Assembly: GCA_025786725.1 (NCBI GenBank)
Contig: JAHLTZ010000030.1
Coordinates: 248,001-312,000, forward strand
DNA from: Syncephalis fuscata S228
Lineage: Eukaryota > Fungi > Zoopagomycota
DNA length: 64,000 bases
Direction: 5' to 3'
The notes under the pieces are model-generated. The model saw only the letters and a list, made by a program, of their open reading frames with translations. It did not search any database and was not told where the DNA came from. The translations under genes were made by a program, and so were the position numbers. Shown here in pieces: positions 13,922 through 27,326 of this stretch; position 1 is the first letter of the stretch, and each line of letters begins with the position of its first letter.

Positions 13922-15465
13922 TTATACGGTGTTCATCCATTTGTAAACGAGTTCATAGACGAGAAATGTAACGGCATTCACCGGAAATGCCCGAATTAAT
14001 GTGACGGATAAACCTCGGGTAAATCCGCGCCATCCTTCTTGTCGATAGAGTTGACGGGCACATTCAGTGGCTGATAGAGCATGTTGAGCATTTAATGGAT
14101 TAGATTGTGTTTGAATACGTGATTTGACCACATCTATATAATGTAATCAATGTAATTAGTGTATTTAGTGTATTCAATATAAGTGAATTAAATAAATGTT
14201 GTTTACTTACCCATTGGATAAATACTAGCCCATGTACAGATACCCGCAATACCACCACATAATAATAATTGTAATCCAATAGGATCAGCAACATGTGTAT
14301 ACGGTACATTTTCAATGCCTAATTGTCTTTTCATTCCTTCATATGCCCTACATCGAAATATATGTATATATCATAGTTAATAAGTGATTATTATTATAAT
14401 AATTATAATAAATTACCAGAAATAAACACCATAACCTAGGGCATCACGTAGAATAGTAATGCCACCACCACGATAAAAGCCTATTTATATAAATCATTAT
14501 AACCACTATTAAATAATAATAACAATAACAATAATAATAATAAACGTATTTAGTTACCTGTAAGACCATGTTGTCGAAAGACTTGTTTTGTAACTTGCCA
14601 TGAAGTGAATTGACCTTGTTCTGGTGATGATCGCGTATTTTTTAATATTTGGGCCCGACATTTAACGAGTTCAGTCGGTGTACTAAACACAATACACAAT
14701 ACACAATATATATAATACATTAATTAATTAATCTACTATAAATTAATCAATTAGATTTACCTCACAAGGAAACAAGCTGTACCTGCACCACATCCAGCCA
14801 TAAATACTCCCCATAATGGTAATAGAGGTGATGGTGATGGTGATGATGGTAAATCACCCTGTAGTGAAGGCCTTATTAATAAACGTGATATACCACCATA
14901 GGATGCAAATAGTATAGAATTAAGAGCAGCCAATCCAACTATTGGTGGAGCAATACCACGAAACCATGATGACCACTATAACAATATATATATATAAATA
15001 TAATAAGTTAAATGAGCTATTACATATGTCTATCTATATACTTACCCCTTCACTAATAACCATATGTTTTAATTGTGTTGTTGTTGGTGGTGGTGTTAGT
15101 GGTGCCGTTACACTACTTAATAGTGGTCTCCGTTCGGCATTAGTCATGCTAACAGTACTGGCATCTGTTTGTAGTCTTACCTAGACATAGTAATGAGTGT
15201 ATAAACATAACACAGCTACAGTAATACTAACTTTAATCACGTCTAGAGGACTGCCTACAATAAGACCAGCCATACCACCTACATAACCTATATATATATA
15301 TGTGTGTGTGTATAGTAAGACAAATAGTAAAAGTATACACCAAAGTCGTACCAGCTACAAAGTCTGCCACACTTTCCGCTTTTATGTTTATTATATAAGT
15401 CTAGTGTATATAGTGCCACTACTATTAACCCACCCATATTAGTTGTAGTAAAACACGAATACCAT
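13922..15465 (-). CDS. Mitochondrial carrier (SLC25; carnitine/basic amino-acid carrier-like), multi-exon
   Basis: DFVAGYVGGMAGLIVGSPLDVIKVRLQ, PTELVKCR and PMDVVKSRIQ signature repeats; RAFPVNAVTF C-terminus. Start inferred as an ATG-only exon at 15465-15463. Confidence 0.9.
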
Positions 15466-15557
15466 AGAATAGCAATAGTAACAAAAGAAAAGGAGAAGAA
15501 CTACAACCGGTTATATCAATAACCATAACCGTAATAACAACCATAACTTCTAGTTTA

Positions 15558-17058
15558 TTATTCATCACGTTGTGATTTTGTGCGCTTTTCATCTCCACTT
15601 GTCGTGTCAATTGTCTCTTCATCGGCCTTTCGTTTAGCGGCACTTTCATCGCTTGTCGTCTGTTTCTTCGTAGATCTTACTAACATAGTAATATCATTGA
15701 CTAATTTACTAGTGGTAGGGGCAGTGGTATCCTTCAATACAGCATCAGTAAGTGGATCAGTATTAATGACCGGTTTCTGAGCCAATTCTTCCATCTAATA
15801 ATAACAATAACATTATAATATAATAAACGTTTAAAATTACTTTGTAGATTAATTACCTTGGTGTCTACTTCTACTAATAAATTCAATATATCAGCCATTT
15901 CTGCCTCTTGAGCATTATCGCTTTGAGAAGACAAGGCTGACATTGGCTGCTTTCCTTTATCGGTACTCTTGCTTTCATTAGTATCTTCATCTTGACGAAG
16001 ATGCTTTAGACGTTGCTGTAGTACATGGGCTACACAGCGCAATTGTTCAATGGCATCCTCCTTCCGGTTGGTATACTCACATCCCAATGCATATTTATAA
16101 TGAGTGTAATAGAGTTAAGATAGATGACTATAATAAATGGTATAATATTGAATCTATAAAGGATATGCCTCGGCTAAACGGCGATCATCTGGCTTGTAAA
16201 GTGCTTGTTTGATTTGAAGTGCATCTTCGTAATCTTTATAGGCTTGATCAAAGTTTTCTATTGATAATAACTATTAATAATATACACTCTATCTAGTAAT
16301 ACGCTATTTACCTGATTCTAATGACACATCACCTAGTAGCATATATACATCGCCTAGCTTCTCTTTACTCTCTTCATTGTCTTCTCTTGCATAAATGACT
16401 CGTGCTAGATCAAGAATCTCCCAGGCCATACCAAAGTCATCGCTTGGTTCTTCATCTTGCTCCTCTTCGCCTTCCTCTTTATTATCCTTTTGTTCTTCTT
16501 GGTTATCGTCACCTTCTTTAGCGTCATTATTATCTTCTGATTCCTTTTCATCTTTCTCCTCTCCTCCTCCTCCTCCTCATCATCATCATCATCAAGTTCA
16601 GCATCTCCCATGAATTGTAGTAGTTTGGCTAGTACGGGTGCAGTGGCTAAATTTATATACATAAATCAATATTTGTCAATGTTTATTAAACTCATAATAT
16701 TATAATTTACCTGCATCATCGGCGTTATCTTCGGCGGTAGAGGCCATGGCGGTAGCGTCTTGACCAAGTACGCCGTTCTGTTCTACTGCATTTTGCAATA
16801 AAGCACGCCCATAAAGCACAAGAACATCGGCGTATTCTGGCGCGTCCTCGCCCAATTGCTCTCCTCTAGCTGTTTATTAGCGCACTATACCATACTAGAC
16901 TTGACTAAACCTTACAAAAGCTGAGATGCTTCACCGTATGCCTGTACGGCTTCTTCATATTGTCGTAGTGCCAATGCGCGGTTACCTCGCTTTAACGCCT
17001 GGTCCACTACTGGCACATCACTAGTAGCGGCAATGGAAAGTGCATCAGACGTCGACAT
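15558..17058 (-). CDS. NASP/Hif1/Sim3 histone chaperone (SHNi-TPR); apparent frameshift near 16560
   Basis: LYGRALLQNA, acidic insertion, DDFGMAWEILDLARVIY, LGDVSLES|ENFDQA, RRLAEAY, and C-terminal VNDITMLVR plus a basic NLS-like segment. Confidence 0.9.
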
Positions 17059-17166
17059 TTTAAAGCTTAGACTATAAGAAAGAAGAAAAAACACGGAAAA
17101 TTCAACACTGTACTTTTCCACGATTTATTTACAAATGCGCGTAGATCTTAACCAGTCAACATAGCA

Positions 17167-17682
17167 CTAAAACAATATGGCACTGCCATCAGACTGGTCT
17201 TGGTAATTGCCACTAGCGTTGGACTCTTTTGTACTTTTATTGCACCTTGCCGAGTCATTGCTCTCTTCTACAGGAGTTATATCGCACGGTGGAAGTTGTG
17301 GCAGATTTTCTTGGGCTGCCCAGGCAAGTTTACCGACATTTCCTGTCTCAACCCAGTGCCTACAATATAGAATAGGTTAGTCTGCATAGTAGCCAATCTA
17401 CTTCAGTTACCAGTTGGATTCCTCGGGTGAAGGCATAATATCAACCAGATCTTCTAACGAATGTGGCTGGTGCGCACTAACCTGTTGGCGTCGTTCTGCC
17501 TCTTGTTGATTGGCATTATATGCCGTGTCTGAAAGACCGTGGCATCGATTATTTACATCGACACTAAATTCACCAGCTGTCCCAAGTGTCGATGATGTGT
17601 TGTGAGGACGTGTATAATGATGTCCATGTACATGGTGTATTTGATTTTTGTTACTACTGTTACCACTGTTATTGATGTCCAT
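17167..17682 (-). CDS. Hypothetical hydrophilic protein, 2 exons
   Basis: ORF MDINNSG...PEESNW continues in frame across a ~50 nt GT-AG intron into HWVETGNVGKLAWAAQENLPQLPP...AILF*. No family recognised. Confidence 0.55.
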
Positions 17683-18219
17683 GATTGTAAAAGTAAAAAG
17701 CAAATAGTTATTGTAGCAATGAATCCATCGGGATAACGAATGTATTGTGGTTTCATATGCGGATTCAACAAGTGAAACATGAATGCATCGTTGTAGATGC
17801 GTATTTTGGCATAGAATGGAGTTGTTATTATTTAAATAGCAACGTTATAATTTATTACTTAACTAAAGTGTTCTATGACTAAATGATGGCTGTATATTAA
17901 ACAGTTATACAATTGATAGTATTATCACAACCATCAAATGGTTTATTAACTAAATTTACTATTTATCTTGTGAATTGTATATTAAGTCTAGCTGCTTAAT
18001 GTTATTACTATCGATTATAAGCTTATTTGGATAGTAAAGTGTGTTTTTATGACAATATACAGTCTTTTTGCGTATACGTTAATAAATGAAAAGCTAAACT
18101 ATTGTAAGGCTTGGCCGCATAGAAGGCAGAGTTTGACTTCTAAATACGGAAGCCAAGCATATTATATAGTTACAACAGACCCAAGCGTGACACGATGATT
18201 ATTGCCAAGAAAGCGACTA

Positions 18220-18230
18220 ATGTAATAAGT

Positions 18231-18296
<66 letters not shown>

Positions 18297-18306
18297 AATA
18301 AGTTAT
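18220..18306 (-). mobile_element. Poly(A)-only insertion with 14-bp target-site duplication
   Basis: 60 T (18233-18292) bracketed by identical atgtaataagttat at 18220-18233 and 18293-18306. Confidence 0.7.
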
Positions 18307-18732
18307 ATAGCAGTATTTTTGTTCATAAACCAAATCATATCAGTATTAATTGTATAGCATAGCATGGCTATATAGCACTGCTAATACTATAACTATAACA
18401 CTCAAAACTTAGGCTTTATCCTTTCATTCCATGTGGATATTATGAAGCGTTTAGTATAATCTAATTCTGTAAAAATATTTAAACGGGTTTAATGCACGTT
18501 TCGCCTATGGCTTCTATGTGAATAACAGGGTGCGTTGTCCAGTAAGGTGAAGTTGTATGTTATATGTTGAATGGAAAGCCGGTTATACAAAAGCATGCCT
18601 ATGCTATAAACCCCACCTATTGTATAAATATTCTTTTGTTTCAACCTATTTGTCGCCATCTAACACTATAGCCACATAGTGTATATCCTCATTTTAATTG
18701 TAAAGAACAATCGTTGTAATAGTAGTATCATA

Positions 18733-19647
18733 ATGGGACTGTTTAATATTTATTTTGATCCATTAGGCGAAATGTCTGTTTGGGACTTTTTGATGCTACA
18801 CACCATTTAGAAGATGCACAAAAACGAGCTCATAGCAATTTTAAACAAACACTTATCAACAGTGTGTTGCTAGTCATTTTTACACGCAATCTTTGGAGAG
18901 CGTTCAAGCTCGTGTATCATAGTAGCACTAGCATATCAAGTTGGTGCTGTTTCTTACAAGCACTGATGGGTGTTATTAACTCAAGTATCTGTATTTTGTC
19001 AATCTTTCCGCATGGTCCAACGTGCCGTCATAGCGTTTGGTCGGCAGCATTTGGCATGGGATTTTCTAGCACCTGTGTTAGTATTTGCCTTTTTACGGGA
19101 GCCTATGTTGGCATAACTATAACCGAATGATTTTGCTACTGGGAATCGTTCTAATACTACCTCAGCCTTCTACTATCGTTGTGGCCTGGCTCTTTACCAC
19201 AGTGGAAAATACGGTCGATGAGGCATGTATCGTTAATATTCCCAACTATTATCCATGGCTACGTTTAAGCACCGATCTCTCGTCCAACCTCGTACTATCT
19301 GTTTTGTTTCTTCGAGTCGTGATAAAACTGTATTTTAAAATGGGTAGTAAATGCTGGGAACGACTAAAGTCGGATGGTTTTTTGTACACTTTTGGCGTTA
19401 TTATATCAAATATTTTATGTGCAATATTCACAGTAATGCAATTCGGCGGCCGTTTAAGTGAAATGATGTTTCTTTGTGACTGTAAGTACCGTAAATTAAA
19501 CCAGAATGACCGCCAAACTAATTATTAATGCTTAAAGGGCTGATAACTTCTGTTTTGCTTATATATCAACACGAAGGAATGCGTAAGGCGTTTAGTAATC
19601 ATAGCAACAAAACAACTTTCAAAAGCTTCCCTTACAAAGTTAAATAG
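18733..19647 (+). CDS. 7TM GPCR-like membrane protein, paralog 1 (frameshifts near 18790 and 19090-19110)
   Basis: Seven hydrophobic segments after frame joining; N-terminal DPLGEMSVWDF; Cys at the start of TM3 and in the TM4-TM5 loop; intron in the Trp codon of TM7 DW. Confidence 0.75.
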
Positions 19648-19849
19648 TTTATTTTATTGTGGTGTAGTAGTAGCTAAATTAGAAAGTATAATATTAATAA
19701 TATTAATAAATTTATTTTATTTATAAACAAGATGTAAAGAATATATATAAGCAATAGCTTATATATACCAATAGCATTTGAATAATATTATACATACATA
19801 TATACGTACTTATATATATATATTGTATAATCTAAGATAATCCAAACAA

Positions 19850-20816
19850 TTAGCGAAATTTATTTAGGCTACGATTCATATAATGGACATGTTTCTGTTG
19901 CGTATCTGGACCATATGAATCAAATGCCCGACGCATACTAGCATGTTGATGAATAAGAAGACTTGAAGTTAGCACCCCTAAAGTGTAATGTAAGTGTCTA
20001 TTACAGTTATGGTTATTATTGCATTACTTACAGTCAAAAAGAAACGTCATTTCACTTAAATCGCCGGCCAATTTGAACGCCGTTACAATAGCACAGAAAA
20101 TATTCGATAAGACAACACCAAATAGATAGACTACACCGTCTACTTTTAGCTTTTTCCAACAATCACTGCCTACTTTGCGATATTGCGCAATAATAACACG
20201 AAGAAATATAATAGAAAATATACAATTAATGGTAATATCAAGTACAAATCTATACCATGGAAAGTACGAAGGAAAGGTAACAATACACGCAAACTCGACA
20301 GTATTAGTGCTGGGCTTGTCCAAATGATCCAAATGGTTCCAGGCAGTGGAATATTAGTAGGATGCCCACTACAAGCAAGACACGGCTACGATCCGCTATA
20401 ATGTAGGCGCGGATAAGCAAACAAATGCTTACACAAATGCTTGACACCACCATGCCGAGTGACGACATCCATATGGTTAGACGGCAGGGGACAGCACCTG
20501 GCAGAATGGCCAGTACGTTGATGCCTTCGACAATAAGGCCCATGAATGCTTGTAAAAAGCAGCACCAACTAGCACTACTTGTATGCTTGTAATAAATCAG
20601 TTTTGACGCGTGCCACGTGTTGCGTACAAATACAACTAGAAATATTGTATTAATAAATCCTTGTATATAGCAGCTAAAGGCCCGCTGTTGCGCATCCTCG
20701 CGGTTCGTATGTTGCAATAGAAACTCCCAAGTTGATACTTCGCCCTTTGGATTCAAATCAATAAAGCCCCATAATAAATGTGGGGCTGGAAAATTCGTAA
20801 CAGTATTAGTGTTCAT
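19850..20816 (-). CDS. 7TM GPCR-like membrane protein, paralog 2 (frameshift near 20340)
   Basis: Clear paralog of 18733-19647 (SWCCFLQA, VSICL.RAY, CW..LK.DG, LSEM.FL.DW) with the same intron position; convergent orientation. Confidence 0.75.
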
Positions 20817-22612
20817 GGTATGTCTAGTATGATACTAAATAGCTCAATTAAGTAAATAAATACGGCCAACTATCATACAGAGCAAAAAGGGAATTGTTTA
20901 GTTGACGATGCGGTTATCAATGACGGGTTCGCAGTATGTTAAGAGCCAGTACATATGGATATGTTGAATACAGCACAAGTATTGCAAGCACTGTCCTGCT
21001 CTGTCTTTTGCATATGCATGTCGTGCTTCATTTGCAGCTATCCTTGAGGTATTCCCTTGAAATATACTTTGTGCATTATAAACGCATGTTGGTACATCAC
21101 CATTCGTATGTGGCATTGAATAATCAGCACTTCTTACAAAGGATAGTGCCAATTATCCAGTACTATACGCCATATAGTTCATTCTTTAGTCATATGATAC
21201 ATAATTTGAATAAACAAATACCGATGATTGGTACATGACCTATATTCTATGGATAAAACAGCCAGACAAGCAATAAAGAACTCAAACACATGTTGTCTTT
21301 TCTAAAAATAATCCTAGTAATAATGCAGCATTTGCTGGATGTTCTGATAAAAGCCTATAACTTGTTTAGGCGTCCTGTGTTACTATAACCTGTCTTCTGC
21401 AGTAGCTATAATCAAAAGCACATTTAATAATTTGTTACTAGCAAGTAATGTGCCATCATGCTTTCTAGCAATTATTTATGCACAAAAATCAAGCAATACA
21501 TCAACTCTATATAAAAATGAAACTTGTGGCATTGTGATTGATTTAATTATTGTGTTTATTAGATGAAATACAATCCGGTCTTGATATAAAAAATATAAAG
21601 ACGTGGTAAACAGGTCATGCCAATTAATAAGCAATACGACCATATGGTAGACAAGTGCATGCAGAACAAGATTGAACAGATAAACAAAATGTCGAGCTAT
21701 CAAAGCCGAAAGAACTGCCGGCATGATAAGCATAACTAGGTATATTAAAGCAAATTAAAGGGTGTTGTGTAAAAATTGTTTGCATTTAAAATAACAGCCA
21801 TTTAGTTATTGAACCTAACCAGACAACTATTTTAGAAGATAGAAGTGTATATAAGTATGAATAAATATGTATAAAAGCAATTTTAATGGAACACAATATA
21901 TGGAATAAAATGGCGACTTACTGGTCGAACTGTACCTTGATTCCCACATCTGTTTCCAAAGTACAATCGTTCCAATCAGAGTCATACCGTTATTATGCAC
22001 AACATAGTTATATTACTTCCCATTAAAATACTGTTAATAAGTTTATTTAAATAGACAATGTAACATACCATTTGATTCCATTGAAACATTTGAGGCCAAT
22101 TATTGTGTTGTTGTTGGCCATGTGTAGAAAGATTGATCAATATTAATAGAAGTCATATGATTGCAATTCCATGTCATTCCGCGTTTGTTGTTATTGTTGC
22201 TACATACAGCATGAATTATTGATCTAAATAATCTTTTCTATTTTCTAATATTCTACTATTACATTTTGGGCATATTTGTGATGTAAGATTAAGATTAATA
22301 TAATTAGTATAAATGTCGTTTATTAAACAGCCACTTTTCTATCGCCAATCTGACTAAATAAATGACAATATATATATATTAAAGCAATAATGATATAACT
22401 AATTAATTACATTATTTTATTGATAATTACACATGAATTAATTAGTGTTGGATGTAATATTATACATGGAATAGTGATGAGTGGATGTTTAATTGTGTCT
22501 AAAGTGTTGAGGGGTGAAATGAGTAAATAAAAAATGTGAGTCGAGATACGGTAGCTCCTAATCTAATTATAGTTCTTTCTTTACTTCTTACAGTCTAATC
22601 TTTATATTCGTC

Positions 22613-23407
22613 ATGACTTCCACGCTATTGCCATCTGCTATAGCAGTGGGAGGACTGGCCGGTGGAGACACGTCGCCTACAAGCGCGACTGCGACATCTC
22701 CCACTGGTAGTAGTAATGCTCCCATGTCAGTAGCATTAGGCCGCTCGTCTTCTAGCCATTCGTTACCGTCGCGTGCCGGACAAACGACATTTCGACGCGA
22801 TCATTTCCAGTTTCTGCCTCGTCTAGCACAAATACTTGATCTAATCGCGTCGGGTGGCAGTGCAATTGAGGTTGCTAAAGCGGTAAACAACGTATTTTAT
22901 ATTAATAGTACATCAAACGCTAACAACACACGGTTATCTACGTATACTATATACTATATACTGTATACTGTATATAATAATATGATAACATTAGACCACT
23001 GAGTTAAATGATAGCTTCCAACGTTGTCTACAAACACTCGACGCACTACCAGGTGCCGATTTGACTCGAGAAGATCAACAGCAACGACTTGCCGAACGAA
23101 CGGCTGAATTGGCACAAAAACGGTAGATATATTTAATAGCGAGATGACATTCATATTACTAACATTTATTAGACAACAGCTAGATACTTATGCCAAGCTG
23201 GCAACATTACACTGGTCTATTTCTGCTTCAGATGTTGAAATACCCACAATTAGCAATGAGCTTGATACTAGCAGCAATCTACAAGTTGCTACAGATATTC
23301 CTATAGCTAATATGGATACATTCGCTAGTGAGCCAATACACGAGACAGTGGACGATCTCGATCCTATCATTTCAATTATGGATGAGGACGATGACATTAG
23401 CATATAA
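22613..23407 (+). CDS. MED9: Mediator subunit Med9-like, 3 exons
   Basis: Spliced FQFLPRLAQIL...TTELNDSFQRCLQTLDALPGADLTREDQQQRLAERTAELAQKRQQLDTY fits the Med9 pattern (FLP...LPG.D...EQ...KR..L..Y). Confidence 0.7.
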
Positions 23408-23502
23408 TGCCAATTAATGTACAATAATAAAGTATCTATAAATTCAGTTTATTGAAAGTCTTCAATATAAACCAACCATGTTGACACAGCCAGAGTTCGA
23501 CA

Positions 23503-25066
23503 TTAGTTCTGAATCTGATATCCAGCCTCAGTCAACGACTGCTTCAATGCCTCTAGAGTTGTTTCAACATATTTACGCTGTGGCTCATATACAGAAATAC
23601 CCATGTGTCTAGACAACGGATGGAATGTTAGCTACAATCTACGTGTATCATTTCATTTTACATACCCAATGCGGAAGTATTTAGGAGCAATTTCTGGATG
23701 AAGACCTCCAGCCATGACAACGCCATGGTTTGCCATACGTCCAAGTAAATCGACTGCAGCGACACCTTCTGGATAATAGACTGCAGTCATTGCATTGGCA
23801 GCCATTTCATTGGTTTGTGGCACCTAAAGAATGATGTAAAGATTAATAACGCCAATTAATGAAAAGTCCATTTGATGTCTTACCAATTTAAGACTCCAGC
23901 TCTGAACCAACTGTTTGACGTGCTTGCTAACTGCTACGTGTTCAGCAAATATCTTTTCCATACCGTGGCTAAGAATGATTTTTAACGATACATCCATAGC
24001 CATAATGAGCTGGACTGGTGGAGTGCCAAAGTATGAGCCAGTGCGTTTCTCATAAGCATGCATGACTATAGAAAAATATCGTTAGTAGTTGGTAGATTAG
24101 CCATTGCCATAATCGTTCAATCGACTTACTAGGTAACCAGCGCTTCCATGAGGTGTAGTAGTTGGTGACTGGTGTCTTGCGGTTATGGAAAGTATTCTAT
24201 AACCGACATTGCTATTAATCATCTATGTTAAATCCATATGCCATAAACTTACCATAGCACGCTCACTTGCCAATACAACAGCTAGGCCTGGCGGTGTTCC
24301 AAGGCCTTTTGTCCTGCAGACATAACAACATCAATGCCCCAAGCATCCATATGGATGGTCTCAGCTGCTACCGAGCACACACCATCTACCTGTAATACAT
24401 ATAAATATAAACTTAATATCAAAGCATCAAAATAGCCATCGACCAATAGCTTACCAGAATCAACGTGTCCGGAGATACACGCTTGACTACTTCAGCAACT
24501 GCTTTAATATCCGTCAATACACCGGTTGATGTGTCGACATGTGTGAGGGTAATTAGACGGTATGGACCATCAGTGGTAAGTGCATGTTCAATGTCTTGAA
24601 GAGATGGACGACTACCGACTGGTGCACGAATATAAGACACATTTGCACCGTAGACAGATAAACTAGAAATGAGCATTAATTATTAGCTACTCTTTAATAT
24701 GATTATTACGTAAATCAACTTACCATTCGCCCATACGATCTCCAAACAAGCCTGTATTATGGACAAGAGCCTTGTCACCTTGCTCTATCAAATTAGCAAC
24801 AGCCAAATCCCAACCAAGTGTGCCGCTGCCGGCCACAACGAATGGCTGGGCAGTCTTAGTAAGCAAAACATGGCGGAGATTTTCAAGAACACGACCAAAG
24901 CAATCGATAAAGTTAGGCGCGGTATGAGAGGTGGCCGGTGTGGCCATTGCGGCCAAAACATCCTCATGGAACTCCACGGGACCTGCAGTTACGATAAGTC
25001 GATATCTAAGCAAAATCTGTATTTGTTCCTACCTGGAATCATGCAAAGCTTGTGAGGTGCAGCCAT
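23503..25066 (-). CDS. AGX1: Alanine-glyoxylate aminotransferase (class V PLP enzyme), multi-exon; apparent frameshift near 24310
   Basis: KLCMIPGPVE, GSGTLGWD, THVDTSTGV, DGVCSVAAE, QKGLGTPPGL, YFGTPPVQLI, AGGLHP, YFRIGHMG. Confidence 0.93.
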
Positions 25067-26234
25067 ACTGGATATTGCCTGAGTAAAGATGGACGCAGTT
25101 CGAACAAAAGGCACAGGTAGATTACGAGGTGTATCAATCGCGGACGCGTCAATAAAGGCGGCCGAGGCATATAACAAGAAAAGAAACGAGGTAGCGTGGT
25201 TAGCGAGGCTTTTCGTTGATATTGTATTGCGCAGTTCATCCTATTGTACAAAAGCAAATAGCAAACACACACACACCGAAGGTGCTAGCACATTAGCAAG
25301 CTGAGTAAGACGACGCTGTGCCACTGGGATCGAGGTATCCATATTGGTACGATAAAAAAGAAAGGTATAGACGAAAAGATGCAATTATTATAAACGACTG
25401 GAGCGACGATTGCTTGTGTTAAAGATAATTGTTACTAGTGTAGTAAAAGGAAATGGTACTATGCCAGAAAGCGGAAGAAGCGGAGAGGGTGGAGAGTTGT
25501 GGGCGTTTGCCAAAGTTGGTATGATCCACGTACACACAGACATCGGCCATCTTGCAAGCAGATGACATTTGTGCCGAGTACTATATAATAGTGTAGCAAC
25601 AAAGACAAACGTCTAAGAGAGTGCTAAATGAACTACTGGCACGCAGCATTTGGCTGACTTGTGCGCATTTACTGTTTACTGCGACATATGTAAATCAATA
25701 GTATAAACAACTTACCCGTTTCTAATCAGTGTTAAAAAGCTAGCGAGAACAAAACACAAGAAAAGATTAGAGCGTATGTAAATGTTAAACACAACCAAAG
25801 TTTTGTCCGTTTGATTGGAAAAGCAAAAGTAATGAAATTGAAGTAGTATGAGAAACAGAGATAGCCGCTGATGACGCAATGATTTGACTTGATTAAATTG
25901 TGTTTAAACAATCATTTACAATAAATATTAATGTAACATCATCATTCGCAATAAACATTAGTATAATGTAATAACATCATCATTTTCATGAAATACAATT
26001 AAATGTAATAGGACATTGTATTAGTAGTTGCTATTTTAAACATTTATTTTACTCAAGTGGCGCGTTAGGTATAACCATTTATACTAATCTTTCTTATTAA
26101 CTCTTTCTTTCTCTATTGATGGATCACTGTTTAATTACAAATACAAAGGCGTAGTTTAGAATAGATTATTTACAAGTATTTTATTTAACACTCGATAAAC
26201 ACTGTTGCTTATATACTGAATCTAATGCTTAAAA

Positions 26235-26630
26235 GTTTAGCTGTCGATTATAACATCATGCTCTATGATAATGACATTTGTTTACACATTAATATCCATC
26301 CTTCATATTTTACTGATGACATTGTTCCATAATTATATTTGCTTTTATGCAATTGATCTTTATTCTTTCTTTTATTCATCACTTGAACAATTCCCTCATC
26401 TGTATTTCAATTTGTTCATAGTCTTTTTATGTACAATGCCATTCAATTTATGGTTGTATATATTACATTATTTATTAATTAAATAAAATAACTATTTTTG
26501 CATTAAACAATTTATTAGTCATTTAATGTGATTTGGGGTAAATAACTTTTTTGTCAATATTTGCGCAATTGAACTGCACACTCAACCTATTGAACATGGA
26601 ACTGAATGGTAAGTGACATTAAATAATCAA
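26235..26630 (+). repeat. Dispersed repeat family A copy
   Basis: Near-identical tracts with 6740-6950 (tgtatttcaatttgttcatagtctttttatgtacaatgccattc); 26555-26620 matches 52450-52510. Confidence 0.85.
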
Positions 26631-27326
26631 ATTATAACGCTTTGAATACTTTACAGTGACAATAATAGGGATTAGCATTTATTTATTTATCATATTTTAT
26701 TGTAAGTAACATGAAATACTATTTAATATCTATTTTGATATTGAAAATAGTGCAAATTAATTGAAAACAGCAACCAAACATTGAGTGCTACAATTCTCAT
26801 GCGACTTTCATTATTATGAATGGACTTGGTATTTTGTACCTCGGAATTAAGATACAACCAATGCATTGGTTTCGGCAACACAAATTCACCGAATTCATTC
26901 AACGCCTTAGCACATATGTATCTATCCGCATGTATTATAGATTTTTCTAATAATTCGGTGTTCTAGCGTACTTATCTCTCGCGCGCACAAACCATATTTG
27001 TTCAAATTGATATAAATGGATGACTAATCTGATTACATAGTAATATATAAGCAAGATGGGGTATAAATATGAACGCTTTCGTTATTTTGGTAACATATTA
27101 ATAAAGGCCTTGATTGAAGATATTAAACAGGTTTTTGTTTAATGCATACCAATATCTTGGCCTGCTATTTCGAGCCTGTCATTTCATATACTTGTTAACT
27201 TTCGCCTTTTGTTAACAAGCTCACTTTATCGTTTATTTTATTTTATCTTTGCAAATACACGCTGTCTAACTTCCATTGTTTTACTACCTACATCGGGTAG
27301 GATATTGCGTTTGTAAACGCTGTACG

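Noticed and set aside
20898-22220. Short ORFs and a possible spliced relic between 7TM paralog 2 and MED9
   Set aside because: I could not build a stop-free spliced model or recognise a motif.
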